Assembly: GCF_001194135.2 (NCBI RefSeq)
Contig: NC_068984.1
Coordinates: 28,953,751 to 29,017,750 of the forward strand
Length of the DNA: 64,000 nucleotides
Source: Octopus bimaculoides
Taxonomy: Eukaryota
Direction: 5' to 3'
Below the pieces are notes generated by a model. The model was not told the DNA's origin. It worked only from the letters and a program-made list of their open reading frames with translations, and did no database searches. Numbering within the stretch: the stretch's first letter is position 1; every line of letters begins with the position of its first letter. This document shows, one piece after another, positions 50,312-64,000 of the stretch. Made by a program: the position numbers and the translations under genes.

Positions 50312-53029
50312 TAGATAGATATGAGAAGAAGACTCGTCAAACCAAACAAAATCACAGTCGTGGCAGATACCAGTGGAACACAAATGGCACCCATGCTGAT
50401 GTAAAAGCACCTGTTACACTCTCAGAGTGGTTGGCATGAGGAAAGGCATCCAGCCGTAGAAAACTGTCAGATCACACTGGATCCTGGCACAGCCTTTCAG
50501 CGTGCCAGCCCAGTGAAAGCGTCCAACCCATGCCAGAATGGACAACAGGCGTTAAATGGTGATGATATATGTAAGTTATAATTAAAGTTTAGATTTGAAA
50601 TTTAGAATTTAGCATGTAAACTGTATTGTGGGTATGTCTCTAGTAGTGTTCCAGCAGCGCACATTCACCTCTTATCTGGAGTCATCCGCAGTGAATACAC
50701 ATTCACTGTTGGATCTAGGTTATGAATTCCTTGGTGCACATTGAGTATAGAAGAAATAATTAACATGGAAGATAGAGTATACTGGAAACTTAATTTATCA
50801 CAACTATCGTTTCGGCATTTTCTGCACCGCTCCCTAGTGGATGGGAAACAATATAAAGAATTATATATATTAGAATTAACAGAATTAGAAAGTTATGTAA
50901 AAGAATTAGAAAAGAATGTAACAGTATTAGAAAAGAAATTCCAGACGTGAAAGCAAAACCGGGAATCAAAGGGTCTTGACATTAACTTAGCAAAGAACAA
51001 AGGTTGCTGAAATCAGATTTTGGGTAGAATAGGCACATTATATATCCATCACCCCAGAATCAGTTCCATTTCTCATTATCAGCCCTACCCACACTATTTC
51101 CACCAATCGCCTCTTTTTCTGCCTTCAGCCACTGCTCTCCTCTGCTATACTCCATTCTTAACACCTTTCTTACTTGCTATCACTCACAATACTCCCTCAA
51201 ATTTACCATCATACCTTACTAACCATAAACCCCTGGACCAATCCTTTATCTTTCAACATCACTCACTACACTTACTAAAGTAGTTGGCATTAGAAAATGC
51301 ATCCAGTTGTAGAAACCATACCAAAGCTGATATGGTGGCTCAATGTGGCCTCATGGCCCATCGGATCTTATCAACTCATCCAAAACAAACCAGCATGGAA
51401 GATGGATATTAAATGATGGTAATGATGATGATTTTTATGTGCATATGTGTGTCTGTATGCATACATATGTGTGTGTTTATGTGTAAATAACCTTCATCTC
51501 AACAGCTTCCAAATTGTTGGTAGCAGTTATTTTTTTACAAAGTTTTTTTTTTAAATAAGTGTTTATTGTTGATCTAATTAATTGACAATTAAAATCAATA
51601 TACTGTCTTATTTGATCATTGATCATATGTGATTTTTGAAAAAGTCACTAATCTAAATTATCCACAAGAATTGGATGGGATCAATGATGCACTACATACA
51701 CAAAAATCAATTCAATGAAGTTCACAAGATGGACTAACTGACAAATATTTTCTCACTATGACAAACAATGATATCAAATGGTGTGAACTTTAAAGTAAGC
51801 CGTACCCTACAATAGCAACAACTAAGTCACCTTTTTGCATCTTGATGTAAAATCATAAGCATATATTTGAGTTATAACAGTGCCCTACCGTTACTGGTAG
51901 AGAGTAATTGTGAAAACTGCAGGGCATGGGCCAATAAAACAAGCTAAAATATATATTTATTATAACTCAAGAAGGACAGGGCAGTAAAATGACAGACAGA
52001 ATATTTTATTAAAGATAGAGAAGATATTATTGGTTTATGTAGTATCATTCCATTCCATTAAGGACTTTTATCAATTCACTGTGGCTGAACAAATACATAG
52101 AGACATGCTCTTGGCATTAACAATATGTATAGTGTAGAACAGAGAAGAAATAAGATAGATATAATAGTCAATTTGAATTATAAAAGGTGTTGTCACTTTT
52201 ATTGAATATCAAATTTTCAAATGGAAAAACAAAAATGGCATGCAACCTTGATATGTTTCACAGAAACTGCTAATATTGTTTGAGGAAAATTTAAGAGAAC
52301 AGTTGGATATTTAGGTTCCCTACATTCAATGCAATGTTATGAAACACTAAAGTAGAATATGGGTGATGATCAGTTTTAACAGTAGAACAAATATTTGTAT
52401 AGATTGTCTAAAAGTTTCATAAATATATGAATTCATCCTGAATCAAACTTTGACTTGAAGTATTTCAATAATTTAACATGCAATGAAGTTATCTACAAAC
52501 AATTCTCTGAATCTGCATGAACATTGAATCAACATAGAAATGTAGTTTCAAAGAGAATTTGGATGAATTGAGTAGCAATAATAATAGAAATAAATAACGA
52601 TTTCTTAGACAATATTAAAATTTTGTAGTTATTATTTAGCCAGAGTTCAGACTTATTAGAGCAGACCTATGACCAAAAGTATTCCAATGGTGACCATTCC
52701 ATCTTAGATATGACACATCTAGGACAACATAATTCACTGTGTCCCTTTTTAAGGTAGTAAGGTATGATTTGATGAAAATTTTGGCTGATATTTCTACCAC
52801 TTAATCTCTACAAATCTGTTATTTTCACCAGTCATAACCTACACAGAAACAGCCTTCAAATTTGAAAATACATGCAGACTACAAATTTTGAAATGCAATT
52901 TTTATGGTTTCTACTAGATTTCCATATGAACTTCCTCAAAGCATTGCAGCCCTTAAGCTCTCTTGTTTCCTTAACTGCAACTAATCCATTCAATCCACTC
53001 CACTACTAACTTTGTGGAATCTTCCTTTC

Positions 53030-53370
53030 CTCCATTTTTCAAACGTGATTTTCTTTTCATTGGATTGCCGTTTCGATTCCGAGGCCAGCTGTTGTGAGTG
53101 TTTATTGAGCGAGAACACCTTAAGCTCCACGAGACTACAGTAGGGGGTGGTGGCGAACCCTGCTGTACTCTTTCACCACAACTTTCTCTCACTCTTTCTC
53201 CCTGTTTCTGTTGTACCTTTATTTCAAAGGGTCAGCCTTGTCACACTCTGTGTCATGCTGAATCTCCCTGAGAACTATGTTAAGGGTACACATGTCTGTG
53301 GAGCGCTCAGTCACTTTATGTATTCTTCTTCCCACTTGGATTTTAAATGTTGCCACAATTATAATATGTC
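53030..53370. repeat. GC-richer interspersed repeat, probably a LINE 5' region
   Basis: CpG-containing block distinct from its flanks; no intact coding frame; family assignment is inference. Confidence 0.3.
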
Positions 53371-54199
53371 TATTCTACTGTAATTTTCTACATTTCTGTG
53401 CAGCTGAAGATTGCTCTACATATTGCATTTAATGTAATGCTTGCATTACTTAAATAAATGGAGTAGCATGAATTCTATATGCGCAGGAGTGGCTGTGTGG
53501 TAAGTAGGTTACTTACCAACTACATGCTTCTGGGTTCAGTCCCACTGCGGGGCACCTTGGGCAAGTGTTTTCTACTATAGCCTCAGGCTGACCAAAGCCT
53601 TGTGAGTGGATTTGGCAGACGGAAACTGAAAGAAGTCTGTCGTATATATGTATATATATTTGTGTGTCTGTGTTTGTCCCCCCCAACATCGCTTGACAAC
53701 NNNNNNNNNNNNNNNNNNNNNNNNNNNNNNNNNNNNNNNNNNNNNNNNNNNNNNNNNNNNNNNNNNNNNNNNNNNNNNNNNNNNNNNNNNNNNNNNNNNN
53801 TATATATATTTATATGAATGTATAAAACCAATTCAGTATATATATATATATATTTATCTGAATGTGTAAAACCAATTCAATATTTATATATATGTATATA
53901 TATATATATACCATACATACTTCTGCACACAAACACACACATTTATGCATACATATCTATATGTATTTATACATATTTGCAAACACACATTTGCATACTT
54001 GCTCCCGCTCATACATGATAAAGCTAAAACAAAAGAATTCTCAAGATATATGCATATTACTCAAAAATAAGTGTTATAGAGGAAAAATGTTCTTTTAACT
54101 CTTCACACACGCTCACATACACACAACATCCAATATTTCAAGAGAATACCATTGACTGAATCTTTTACATGACCTGAAGAACAAAGTATACTGCAATCT

Positions 54200-54480
54200 A
54201 TTTGATGCACCAGTTTACTTTGAATGTCTACGAATTAATACCACATTGAGATTTCAGCTTTTGGCAAATATACTACCACTAAAAGGGTAGATTGAAAAAG
54301 TTGCCAGAAATTCTTTATATATTGATGTTAAAAGAGAAATATATGGAATTTCCAGAAATCCGTAGACTTCTAAAATGGGCTATGGCAATATAGATCTATC
54401 GATTCAACAGAAGCTCGCTTTTTACTTAAGATAGGAGAAACCTAATAGCAAGTATAATACAATCAGGAAATTCTCTAAAA
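54200..54480 (+). mobile_element. hAT transposase C-terminal dimerisation-domain-like relic
   Basis: LKEKYMEFPEIRRLLKWAMAI*IYRFNRSSLFT* resembles FPxxxxLLxxxxxIPxSxAxxERSFS. Confidence 0.3.
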
Positions 54481-54869
54481 TGAAGAATTTGGTATCTTTG
54501 ACAAACATGAAAGATCATAATTCAGTTGAATCATTTTATTTTTATTTTTTTATTTTATATCTAAAAATCTACCTGCAATGCAATAAATGGAGAGAAAAGA
54601 ACTTATGCAAGTTTAACTCACTTGAAACATTAATTGTTGTCAAGTTTGAAACTAAAAGCTATAATTAAATTTCAAATTCTTTATAATTGCTATCTTTAGT
54701 GATCACTATTCTCTTTTACACATTTCCCAAACAACCACAGTTTTGAAAAAGTTCTAAATTAAAATTTATATCTTGTCAAATTCTCTTTGCATCTGTCAAC
54801 TTTTAATACAATGAAGCTTCTTTTCTTTGAATGTGTATCTGTATCTGTATAAGAATGTGTGTGTGTGCA

Positions 54870-54900
<31 letters not shown>

Positions 54901-55199
54901 GCACGCACACAAATATATATATATGTAATATAAGTTATTTCAATTGATGAGTATCACTGAAATATATTCCTTACTCATTCTGAGAACTATTGAGATTGCC
55001 CAATTCTTCATCATCATCATTATGCAATTATTTCATAACAACCTGAGATGTCACAATTTATCATCTTTTTTGAGTTTCAACATTGCGATTGTATTTCTTC
55101 ATTTCTTCTCATATCTATCTCAGTATTTTGTTTTTTCTCTTTCAAACATTCCTTCCATTTGGAATACCTCTGTATCCAGCTATCATCAGCCATACTTAT

Positions 55200-55870
55200 C
55201 ACATGTCCATACCCATGTAGTTTTCTTATTCTCTAAAAATGATTTTTCTTACACCCAGTTTTTCTCTCACTTCATATATGGTCCATCATTCATGTATACT
55301 AACATTACATTACTTGCTAAATTTCTTTCCAGCTTTCACACAACCCCAGTATTTAAAGAGTCCTCACTTAATTATTGTGTCACATGCTCTAGTTACTTCA
55401 GTTCCTTTATGCATCTATTTTTCTGTCAACAATAAGGTCTACTCTACTCACCAAAACCCTACTGCTAACTTAAAAGAATCTGTGCCTCTCTGTGATGCTT
55501 GACTGAGGTTGCTCTCCATCTTACCTCTTGTACACGATGCACACCTACTCATTTCTGTTCCAGCATCTCTACAATCTCTCTAAATTTGCTGTTCTTCAAA
55601 CACCAAAAGTTTAGCAACTTTGAAGTTTTGTATATGACAAGATGATGGACTTTCCAGTGGTGAGTGCAAGTCTATTTTATAAATCAGTTTTTCAGTTATT
55701 CTCCATATGACCATTCAACTAACATGCACAACACTAACAATGGTAAACATTAGTAATATGTTTTAGACTCTTGTGATGTCTGCGTGATTTTATTGACTTG
55801 ATGTCTTTCTTAATATCAACTTTACAGTATGATCTGGATGTAGTCTATAGTGCCATCAACACTAGACAGA
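55200..55870 (-). mobile_element. RTE LINE AP-endonuclease relic
   Basis: Minus frame EIVEMLEQ..GVHRVQEVRWRA carries the QEVRW motif of RTE endonucleases. Confidence 0.55.
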
Positions 55871-56293
55871 TTGTTAGTCAAAACTAAAATGTTCTTTCAA
55901 TACTGTGTCAGTTCTATTCAAGAGTTGCTGATGCCCCAATGCAGAGTGCCTTACCTGTAAAGGGAATATCTCCTCTAAACAGATTTTTATTGGGAGTTGC
56001 TGCTTTCCCCTACGATTTACTTTCATTGTAACTTGTAGAGTGTATGTATCCTTCAATTAATTATAAATACTAATATTCTCCCTTGTAACTTATCAAAATC
56101 ACCACTTGTTTCACTGCCACCTCTCTAGAAAAGCTGCTGTTTGTCATCATTAAAACAAAAACACAAGTGCTTATTAGTTTTAAAAAAATTATTTTATAGA
56201 GCTTTTAGATAAGAAGTGAATAACTTATAAACACAAAGATATTCTCCCACTTCCTTTTTTCTCATGCAGATACACACACACACACACGCACGC

Positions 56294-56335
<42 letters not shown>

Positions 56336-59300
56336 GAATGATTCTGTATGAGAATCACACTCATGAAATTTGAATTTTGAACTCCGTCTTCAGTTAGAAC
56401 TATTTAACTATTAGTTAACCATATTTCTTCATTAACAGTCAAGAAATTAGAACAAAGCAAAAAGTCACAATCCCCAATATCATAATCCTCCTGCTCCCCC
56501 TCCTCATTATTATTGTCATCTTTGCAATTGCTTTACATTTTGACATAGATCAGAAGACCCCTTCTCTCTTGTGTCTGCTTTGGCATAGTTTCTATATGTG
56601 GATATCCTTCAAAATACCAGACACTTTACAGAGTGTAGTAGGTACTTTGTTCATGGAACCTCTACAAGCAAGGTTGCCTTGTAACTAAAGAACCTCATTG
56701 AGAGAGAGAATACTGAAGTGGGTGCTATATGTCGGGTGCTGAGAGGTTAATATATGGGAAGAGAAGGGACAAGTTTGTTGTGGAGGAGAATCATGGCTAC
56801 ATCATATTTTATATAGGTGGGTGAGGGTTTGGTGCAACAACATGCTGGAATAGTGCCGCCACTATCATAATTACACTTCTTAAAACATAAATGCTTAAAA
56901 CATAAATACTTCAATAACATAAAAAGTAAAACTTAACTGAAACTTAGTTTTTTCTGTGTATTATCAGTAATATTCTGTAATTTCTCAAAATAACATGCTT
57001 TCATACAACACAAAATAAACTATTGGATATGATAGAAACTATATGCCCCCAAAATATGATTAAATTTATACAAGAACTTTCAGACATATTACATATTAAT
57101 GGAACTCTGACACTTTATTTTCTTCAAATACAGATTTATTCTAAGATAAATTGTACAGAAAACTATTTAACTAAACTTCAACATAGTGGATATATTTGTA
57201 TTTGGATTCTCTTCTACACTGCTTGAAGCATTGCAAGATGTTTAAAATGCTGCACAATAGAAGTTCCATTCCTGTACATAAAAAAAAAAATAACCAGATG
57301 TTCAAATCAATTATGCAATTTTCAAAAACTCTATATGACTCTTACTGAGAAAAATACACTTTCCATAATCAGAAAAATTTAAAGTTTATTGATAATATAT
57401 CGATATATTTAATAACAAAAACAATTGTAGACAAATCAACTTAATACTTAAAGTTACTAATGAATGTAGGTTATATAATCAGTTCTAATTTTGGTACAAG
57501 ATCAGATATTTTTTTTATAGAAGATTATTGTCAACTTAGTGATTTGTTATTTTATCAACCTCAAAAAGAAGGAGAAGTCAACCTTGACAGGATCTGCATT
57601 CGGTATGAAGAGGAATACAACCAAATATTGCGAAGTACATAGTTTGTGCTCTACTATTTCTGTCATTCAGCACTTAAGACTAAAAGACAAGTAGGATATT
57701 TCAGTGTACTAAATCCAACAATAAGTGCCTGTATCTTAAAATTGGTTTTGGTTAATGCACAGGTTAGTAGAAAAATAAAAAGATTTCACACACTAGATAA
57801 AAGAACTCGCAAAATTTTAAATAACTTCAAGACCTTATATTAAAGGAAATAGTTGTTCAAAGCTCTCAAAATAATATATAGCTCTGGATGCAGGCACTGA
57901 TGTTGCAAATTACATGATGTGTGTGTTTTTATTGCATGCTTGTATGCATCCATGTAGGCATAATGTCTGATGTTTTGTGTATATTACAAAGACCTTGAAG
58001 AAAAAATTGATTTTGTAACTAAAAGAAGAAAAAAATAGGAAAATATGATATTCACTTTAGTGAAGAACACAATGTATTAAGGATAAAATAAACAAAAAAT
58101 ATCAATAATTTTAAAATAACCAAGAACCTATGTAAATAATCAACTCTCGTATTGCCTCTAAATAATATATAACATTAATGTATCTACTACAATCTACCTT
58201 GGAATTTAGTAATATACAAATATTTTTACAGTAATATTTCACAACATACAATAACAGAAATAATAGGACTGTTAAACAAAATATCCTTGATCAAAACTTA
58301 ATATCAAGCATTTAATTAATAATATATATTGCAACACACTGTGGCTACTGAATTTAAAACAAATTCTAAACCCCACTGGAGACAACTAGTTCAAAATTTT
58401 CTGTTGCTGCATCCTCCTTAGGGATTACAATGTTAAATGCTAAACTGATACCAGTAAAGAATGTATAATGGATATAACTGACATGTAAACAATCTGTGAG
58501 AAGGAGTAAGCACACATGTTTCTATCGCACTAAATGTAAATGAGATCCACTTAGGTTAAAGTTGTAACTCTGTTTCTACAAGTTATAAATCCCAAAATTG
58601 TTTCTGAAAAATTACTAAAAGCATTTCCATCAGAACCGTGTTATTTCACTATAATAATAGCATCAATATCAATGATTGCAAACTTGGAAATAGTAATAGG
58701 ATTCAGCAAATGTTTACAGCAGCAAAATAAACATAAGATCATACAGTTTTGTACATCTAATTTATTTGCATGCACCAAATAATTAATCAAGAATTATAAA
58801 GACAAAGCCTTCAGAAAATAATCAAAAGTTAACATCATTCATCTAACTTTATCTTAATTTTGTAGTATATTATGATAATATAAATTTGTATAATTCAAAA
58901 ATACAATTTAAAAATTACAATAAATTTTTGAAATTTCTATGCTTATTGCAAGAGGTAACTTTTATTATTATTTTTAGAGTATTTAGAAACTGCTACTTTG
59001 AACAAATTCTAATACATAAGTGAGATGTGGTCACATTTTTGAAACTAAGCCAATCAACAATTTGGTGTAGTGCCAAGCACTCATAGCTAGATCTGCTCAA
59101 ATCTAGCCTATGTTAGCTAACAATCTCAGTATTAAGTCCAATCAAAATATATATGCCAAGAACAAATTGAAATTTAATGCTGATTAATCAAGCATACAAT
59201 TCATTGGAAATAGTTCAATGACTACTACAAGAAAACCATCTGCAATATATAAAGCTAAATTATCAAATTCACAATGAGAGACCTATGTATTCAGTAATGA

Positions 59301-59900
59301 TGGACTTGATACACTTACAATACATATCCTATAGAGATCCAAAAACAAAAATGTCATATTGACAAAGTATATATGACTACAAAAATTACATATCTACACA
59401 AGTTACCATAGTCATACCAAAAGAGGTTAATGTCAGAAAAACATACAAATCTCAAAAACTGACAGTTATATAAGCTTCTGTTATAAACAGATATTTGAAA
59501 AGCATATAATAAATAAGCATTAAACTTGACAGAGAAATACGAATACTAAAGGGATAAATATACAAATTATCTACAAGACAGTTCTACAAAGTAAGCTGTC
59601 TTTCTAGAAATAACTGCCAAATCTCCCTCAAACCATATCTTCCTGTCTTAAACAAGAAAGGACAGATAGAATGGTTACAGCTAGAATGCCTTTAATCATG
59701 TTTGTTTAATCAAGGCTCAGGGCTAAAAACCAACAACACAATACATAAAAAAGACCTATTCATGATTAAAGACTAAACAAGTTGGTAATTCCATAAAAAG
59801 ACATTTTTCAATAACATCAAGTGACTGTTCTACATAGCTATTATAAGTCTAAGTGATAACAGAAAATGTGCAATAATATCAATGCATTTAAGATTTTTAC

Positions 59901-60868
59901 CTGCAATATTTACCAATGTTCCACTGTCTTGAAATGATGCCATATAAATTGTAGCGAAGCCATCCAACAACAACTTAATAAAAGAATATAACAAAAGATT
60001 ATTTGTCATTACAAAAACGTTATATCCTTGAGCAAAGCTGATCATATTAATTGCTTTATATGCCTGACTTAAAAAATTAATAAATAAAATGAAACAAGAA
60101 CAATCAGTGAGTGCAAACCTTTGCCAAGACAACACCAACATCCTCTCAACAATTAGCCATAGATGATTTTTAAAATGAGAACATCTGAAATAAACTCGAT
60201 GGCTCTCACAAACGAAAATATTAAAAATGAACCCAACTGCTCTCAAAACTTGAGTAAAACAACTGGAAAAATAATCCAGAATCCTCGTCCGGTGCTGGAT
60301 CAATCCCAAAATTTAATCAGTTCATACCAGTCATGAGGCCAAACATCCATCAAAATTTCATCCAAATCTGTCCAGCGGTTCTGGAGATATCTTGTCTATG
60401 GACAAAAAACAGACAAACAATTGAAAACAATACCTACACCATCGCTAAGTCAGAAGTAATAATAACAAAAAAAAAAAACAGATGTCATTATGTCATAGGC
60501 AGGTGGCTAGTGACAGTGAGCTGAAGAATCCAGCTGTAGAAACAATTACCCAAACAGAAGAAGCAAGCAACAGTGTGTATAACAGTGGTTTTGGATAAGC
60601 AAACAAAACCTCACTAACAATGACATCATTATTACATAAATACCATATGTCTGAAAAATACCCTCATTGCGCAATGTCCTAGAAAGATGAAATACAACAT
60701 TTGCCCAACAAAAATATCATATATGCAAAAATAATACCGTCTAAACAAAGAGACTTGATATGCTTGACAACAGATTCAAATACACTTGCAAATTGCCCCT
60801 TTGTAATAAATGCACAATTAATGCAATTACCCACTAGTTCATTCTTTAAAGTACGATAAGAGATAGTT
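59901..60868 (-). CDS. Cluster of candidate short exons (59901/59914-59973, 60119-60184, 60662-60678, 60831-60868); same or another minus-strand gene
   Basis: Splice-flanked open segments: CSHFKNHLWLIVERMLVLSWQ (gtttatttcag| .. AAG|gtttgc), TISYRTLKNELV (gctgtcag| .. TGG|gtaatt), a 17-nt exon after catctttctag|, and VVGWLRYNLYGIISRQWNI. The phases do not resolve into one unique chain. Confidence 0.3.
60262..60465 (+). mobile_element. Helitron/Helentron-like non-autonomous element relic
   Basis: aaatttcatccaaatctgtccagcggttctggagatat..gacaaacaa..aaaacaatacctacacc-atcgctaa-gtcagaagtaa, a decayed 3' hairpin. Confidence 0.45.
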
Positions 60869-61289
60869 CTGACAGCATAATTGTAACAAATGTTCACAAT
60901 ACTACTATTACTTTATAAAAATATGGCATTGTAAAGATGTGTGCGTGTGTGCCATGAGATATCAGAAGTAATTACAAGCAAACCAACTTAAGAAAATACA
61001 TGGTTTCAAAAACTTATCATAACTTGGAATTAAGAATTAGTCTGACTGAAAACAATACCAATTTCTAGTGTTAAGCATTAAATTCCCAACTTGAACTAAA
61101 TTATTATTCACAGAAAACAAGACAAAGAATACGTACATATCTATTTGTACAATGCGATGAAGGAAAAATAGAGAATACATCTGACATAAATTGCAAGGAT
61201 AATTATCTAAATTCTGGGTTATTTGAAGATTGAACAACCAATATTATATGATCAAAGAGATCTTTTTATAAAAATAGATCCATGGTAGT

Positions 61290-61690
61290 GCATCAGAAAG
61301 AAATAGTAGAAAGAGAACGAAAATGAAAGACCAAAATCAAGTGATATAGTTTAAAATAATACATAGTTGTAGAAAGAGATATAAGGAGAGAAACAGATTG
61401 ACTAAAATTGAAGAGAGAGATAGAGAAATGAACCAGGAAAGAGAGATACGATGTATGTATGAGATATACAATAATACATAGTGAAAGCAAAACAGAAAGA
61501 ATGCAAATTAATAAGAGTGATATAAGGAATTGATGTGGGGCAAAGCAAGGAAAAACTAGCTGTTACAGAATGGAACTACAGAAAGGAAAAGAAAGGAAAA
61601 AATGAGAAAGAGTAACTGATAGATAACGAAACGGAGACAGTGACAAAAAAAAGATCAACAAATTGAAGGAAAGCAAAGAAGTAATAATAG
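61290..61690 (+). repeat. Purine-rich low-complexity tract
   Basis: GA/A-rich plus strand; spurious minus-strand ORF. Confidence 0.7.
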
Positions 61691-62205
61691 AGAGCTTTGG
61701 AGGCTGTGAGCTTCACATCTTTCAATATGCATGTCTACCTTTCAAATTGTGCATCGTTTTGAAAGTAATGTGAGAAACTTCAGAAACCTGCTGATCACAA
61801 AATACTGCAGGAAACAACTCTAGTGATGAGAGAAAGGTAAAAAGGTGAAATTTACACCAAATTCACCTATTAATATGAGAGCGTGCAGTTAGTTCCGAAG
61901 GAGTGTCGGTTTCAGTATTGATTCCTTTATTTTTCTACAGATACTACTATAGTGAATGCAATTCTGGTTATATCTGCTATGAGCGAATGTGCAGAAGCCA
62001 GATGAAACCTATATGTATTCAATTAAATGCAAATATGTGTTGTCAATAAAAGAGAAAAACCTGTGTAACTGCAAGTGGTTGAAATCAAGTTGTGTATAAA
62101 CATACAAAGTTAACAGATTCACATGTATGCTATTATCTGTGTTTATATGTATAGACATCTGAATAGTTATAATGATTTTATGAATATAAAAATGAACAAG
62201 TGTTT

Positions 62206-62256
<51 letters not shown>

Positions 62257-62499
62257 CGTCAAAGAAATAATCTCATTACACTATATCCATTCTATTAAAA
62301 AAAAACAAGGCAATAAATTCCTTAAAATCACACACAAATGCCAGTTCTCCAAAATATTTGATGTTCTTTCATAGTAGCATATCTATAAAACTGCCAAAAT
62401 TCTATTCAAAGTTTCTGAGTTTCTAGAGAGAGTAATGTTATTTATATCAGAGTAATACCCCAATATATGGAATTGCAATATACGCACAAGGATCCTAGA

Positions 62500-62920
62500 C
62501 AACTGAAAATGAAAATGTCATCTAGAAAGTTTGTTGACAAAGAGTCAACAACAGACATACGTTTCCTCTCTGTGTTTCAATATACCATGGCTACAACAGG
62601 TTCTGCTCTCTTCTGAGCAAAAATCAGAAAACAACGATGTTCTATATTCACCCAAGTCTATCCAATACACCTGTCAATAATCCTGACACTTTAGTGCTAC
62701 TGAGTCTGTCCTCAACAGTGTTACACTAAATACTTTTCTCAATAGTTCTGTATGTTTTAAGAAATCTCATCTCTCTCTTCTGCTATATTTTTACTTCATG
62801 CAGGTGAATGCATTCTATCCATTAGCTGCTGTCTGGGAGCACATCCGTGACTGAATCTTTGCCAATTAGTTACATAGCCTTTTTTGAGATGTGGTCTGGG
62901 ATGTTTGGGTCTATAATAGC
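62500..62920 (-). mobile_element. RTE LINE RT C-terminal relic
   Basis: NAFTCMK..TELLRK..SVALKCQ..LGEYRT..AQKRAEP resembles RTE LNAFHxRCLR..NTEVLRR..SIEALLxKxQLRWAGHV.RM. Confidence 0.4.
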
Positions 62921-62937
62921 AACACTCTTCCATGTTA

Positions 62938-63690
62938 TACAAAATGATATTGAAAAGTTCCAGGACTAGTTATGTTTCATAAAAAATAACTTATTTATCT
63001 AAGTTTTAACATCATCTCCTTCAAAACAGTTACTCAGCAGTCCAGCCACTCTTGGAATCTGGCCTGGAAATCGCTTTCTGTAAGTGAGTCAAGGACCTTC
63101 TGCAATTCACTCTTGACAACAGTGTTAAAACACCAACCTTTGAGCTGCATTTTCATCTTGGGTAGAGATGAAAGTCTGCAGGTGCTAAATCTGGCAAATA
63201 GGGCAGATGCAGATGTGATACTATGTTGTTTCAGGTGAGAAACTCAAGAGTGAGGATAGCTCAGTGACGGGATGCATCGTCATTGAGATGAATCCAATTC
63301 TTCGTGCTCCACAGATCTGGTCGCTTTCACCAGATGTCCTCCTTCAAAATGTCATTGATTGTCCTCCAGCAATCCTCATGCATGAGGTGATGAATTTTCT
63401 TCACATTTCCAGGGGTGACACTCATGACTGGTCTACCAGATAGCTCATTATCTTCCAGGGATGTTCTTCCACTTTTGAAGTGCATGTGCCACTCAAAACA
63501 TTTGCCTAAGCATGTTCAATATCTCTGTAGCAGACTTCCCAAGTTTAACACAAAATTTCGCAATAGCTCTTTGTTCAAACTTCCTGTCCATGACAAAAAT
63601 TGCAGACTACCGCATACATGTGATCATAAAAACATAAATATCACAACTTGCGAAGTAAACACAGCAATGTCACTTGTTACACTTCCTTAT
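62938..63690 (-). mobile_element. Mariner transposon relic
   Basis: TIR-like tacaaaatgatattgaaaagttcc after TA; minus-strand KRPDLWSTKNWIHLNDDA, HLPYLPDLAP, KVLDSLTESDFQARFQEWL. Confidence 0.8.
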
Positions 63691-63824
63691 AAAGGTCACT
63701 GCTAGCTCTCACTGCACATGCAACTGTGTGCTGTCATTTGTTGGTATGCTACAGAAGTAGCCCAGGAACATTTTGCTACCACTTTGTACACCAGTAGTTT
63801 CTTCTAGTTTATTTTATTGTGCAA

Positions 63825-64000
63825 ATGCAATATTTCACACTTGACATCAGCAAAGCTTTTGACTGTCTCTATGATGAAGTTTCTTTGTTTTATATACGTG
63901 AGAAGTATACCATTCTTGACTGACTGGGGATGTCGTTTGGTACAAGCTACTAGCTGACAGAAAGTTTGAGAATATGAAATGAATTGTGAATGGTGACCAT
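63825..64000 (+). mobile_element. CR1/L2-like RT fragment
   Basis: LDISKAFD motif at about 63840. Confidence 0.55.

Noticed and set aside
59830-60309. 159-aa minus ORF as a single-exon membrane protein
   Set aside because: Its start lies in a Helitron-like repeat, and it contains internal intron-like T-rich tracts and splice sites; it is better explained as short exons plus AT-rich intron.
62561-62670. Apparent minus-strand exon VYWIDLGEYRTSLFSDFCSEESRTCCSHGILKHREE with good splice sites
   Set aside because: It sits inside a segment whose flanks translate as RTE LINE RT C-terminal motifs, so it is more likely TE relic than host exon.

Overview
AT-rich, repeat-dense animal genomic DNA with at least nine N-gaps. 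The tRNA-derived SINE families, RTE-type (GAT)n-tailed elements and microsatellite load look like an octopus/coleoid cephalopod genome (inference, not a database match). There is no prokaryotic-type gene content, and most ORFs in the supplied track are microsatellite, N-gap, TE or antisense artefacts. Supported content: (1) many decayed TEs, namely R4/Dong-like RLE LINE pieces, RTE and CR1/L2 fragments, two mariner relics, a Gypsy gag-like relic, Helitron-like and hAT-like relics, and several SINE families; (2) a 30-bp minisatellite; (3) a probable multi-exon minus-strand protein-coding gene of unrecognised function, with many very short exons from about 37 kb down to about 2 kb and possibly more exons near 60 kb, inferred only from splice signals and phase continuity. 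The most striking signal is a tRNA-headed SINE carrying a minimal hammerhead-ribozyme fold, inserted as an inverted pair inside a 10-bp target-site duplication, a Penelope-like architecture. Further decayed hammerhead-like cores occur elsewhere in the window. Secondary leads are strong-splice-site exons with in-frame UAG codons (poison exons or A-to-I stop-to-Trp recoding), a recursive-splice-site motif, and a possible mutually exclusive exon pair.
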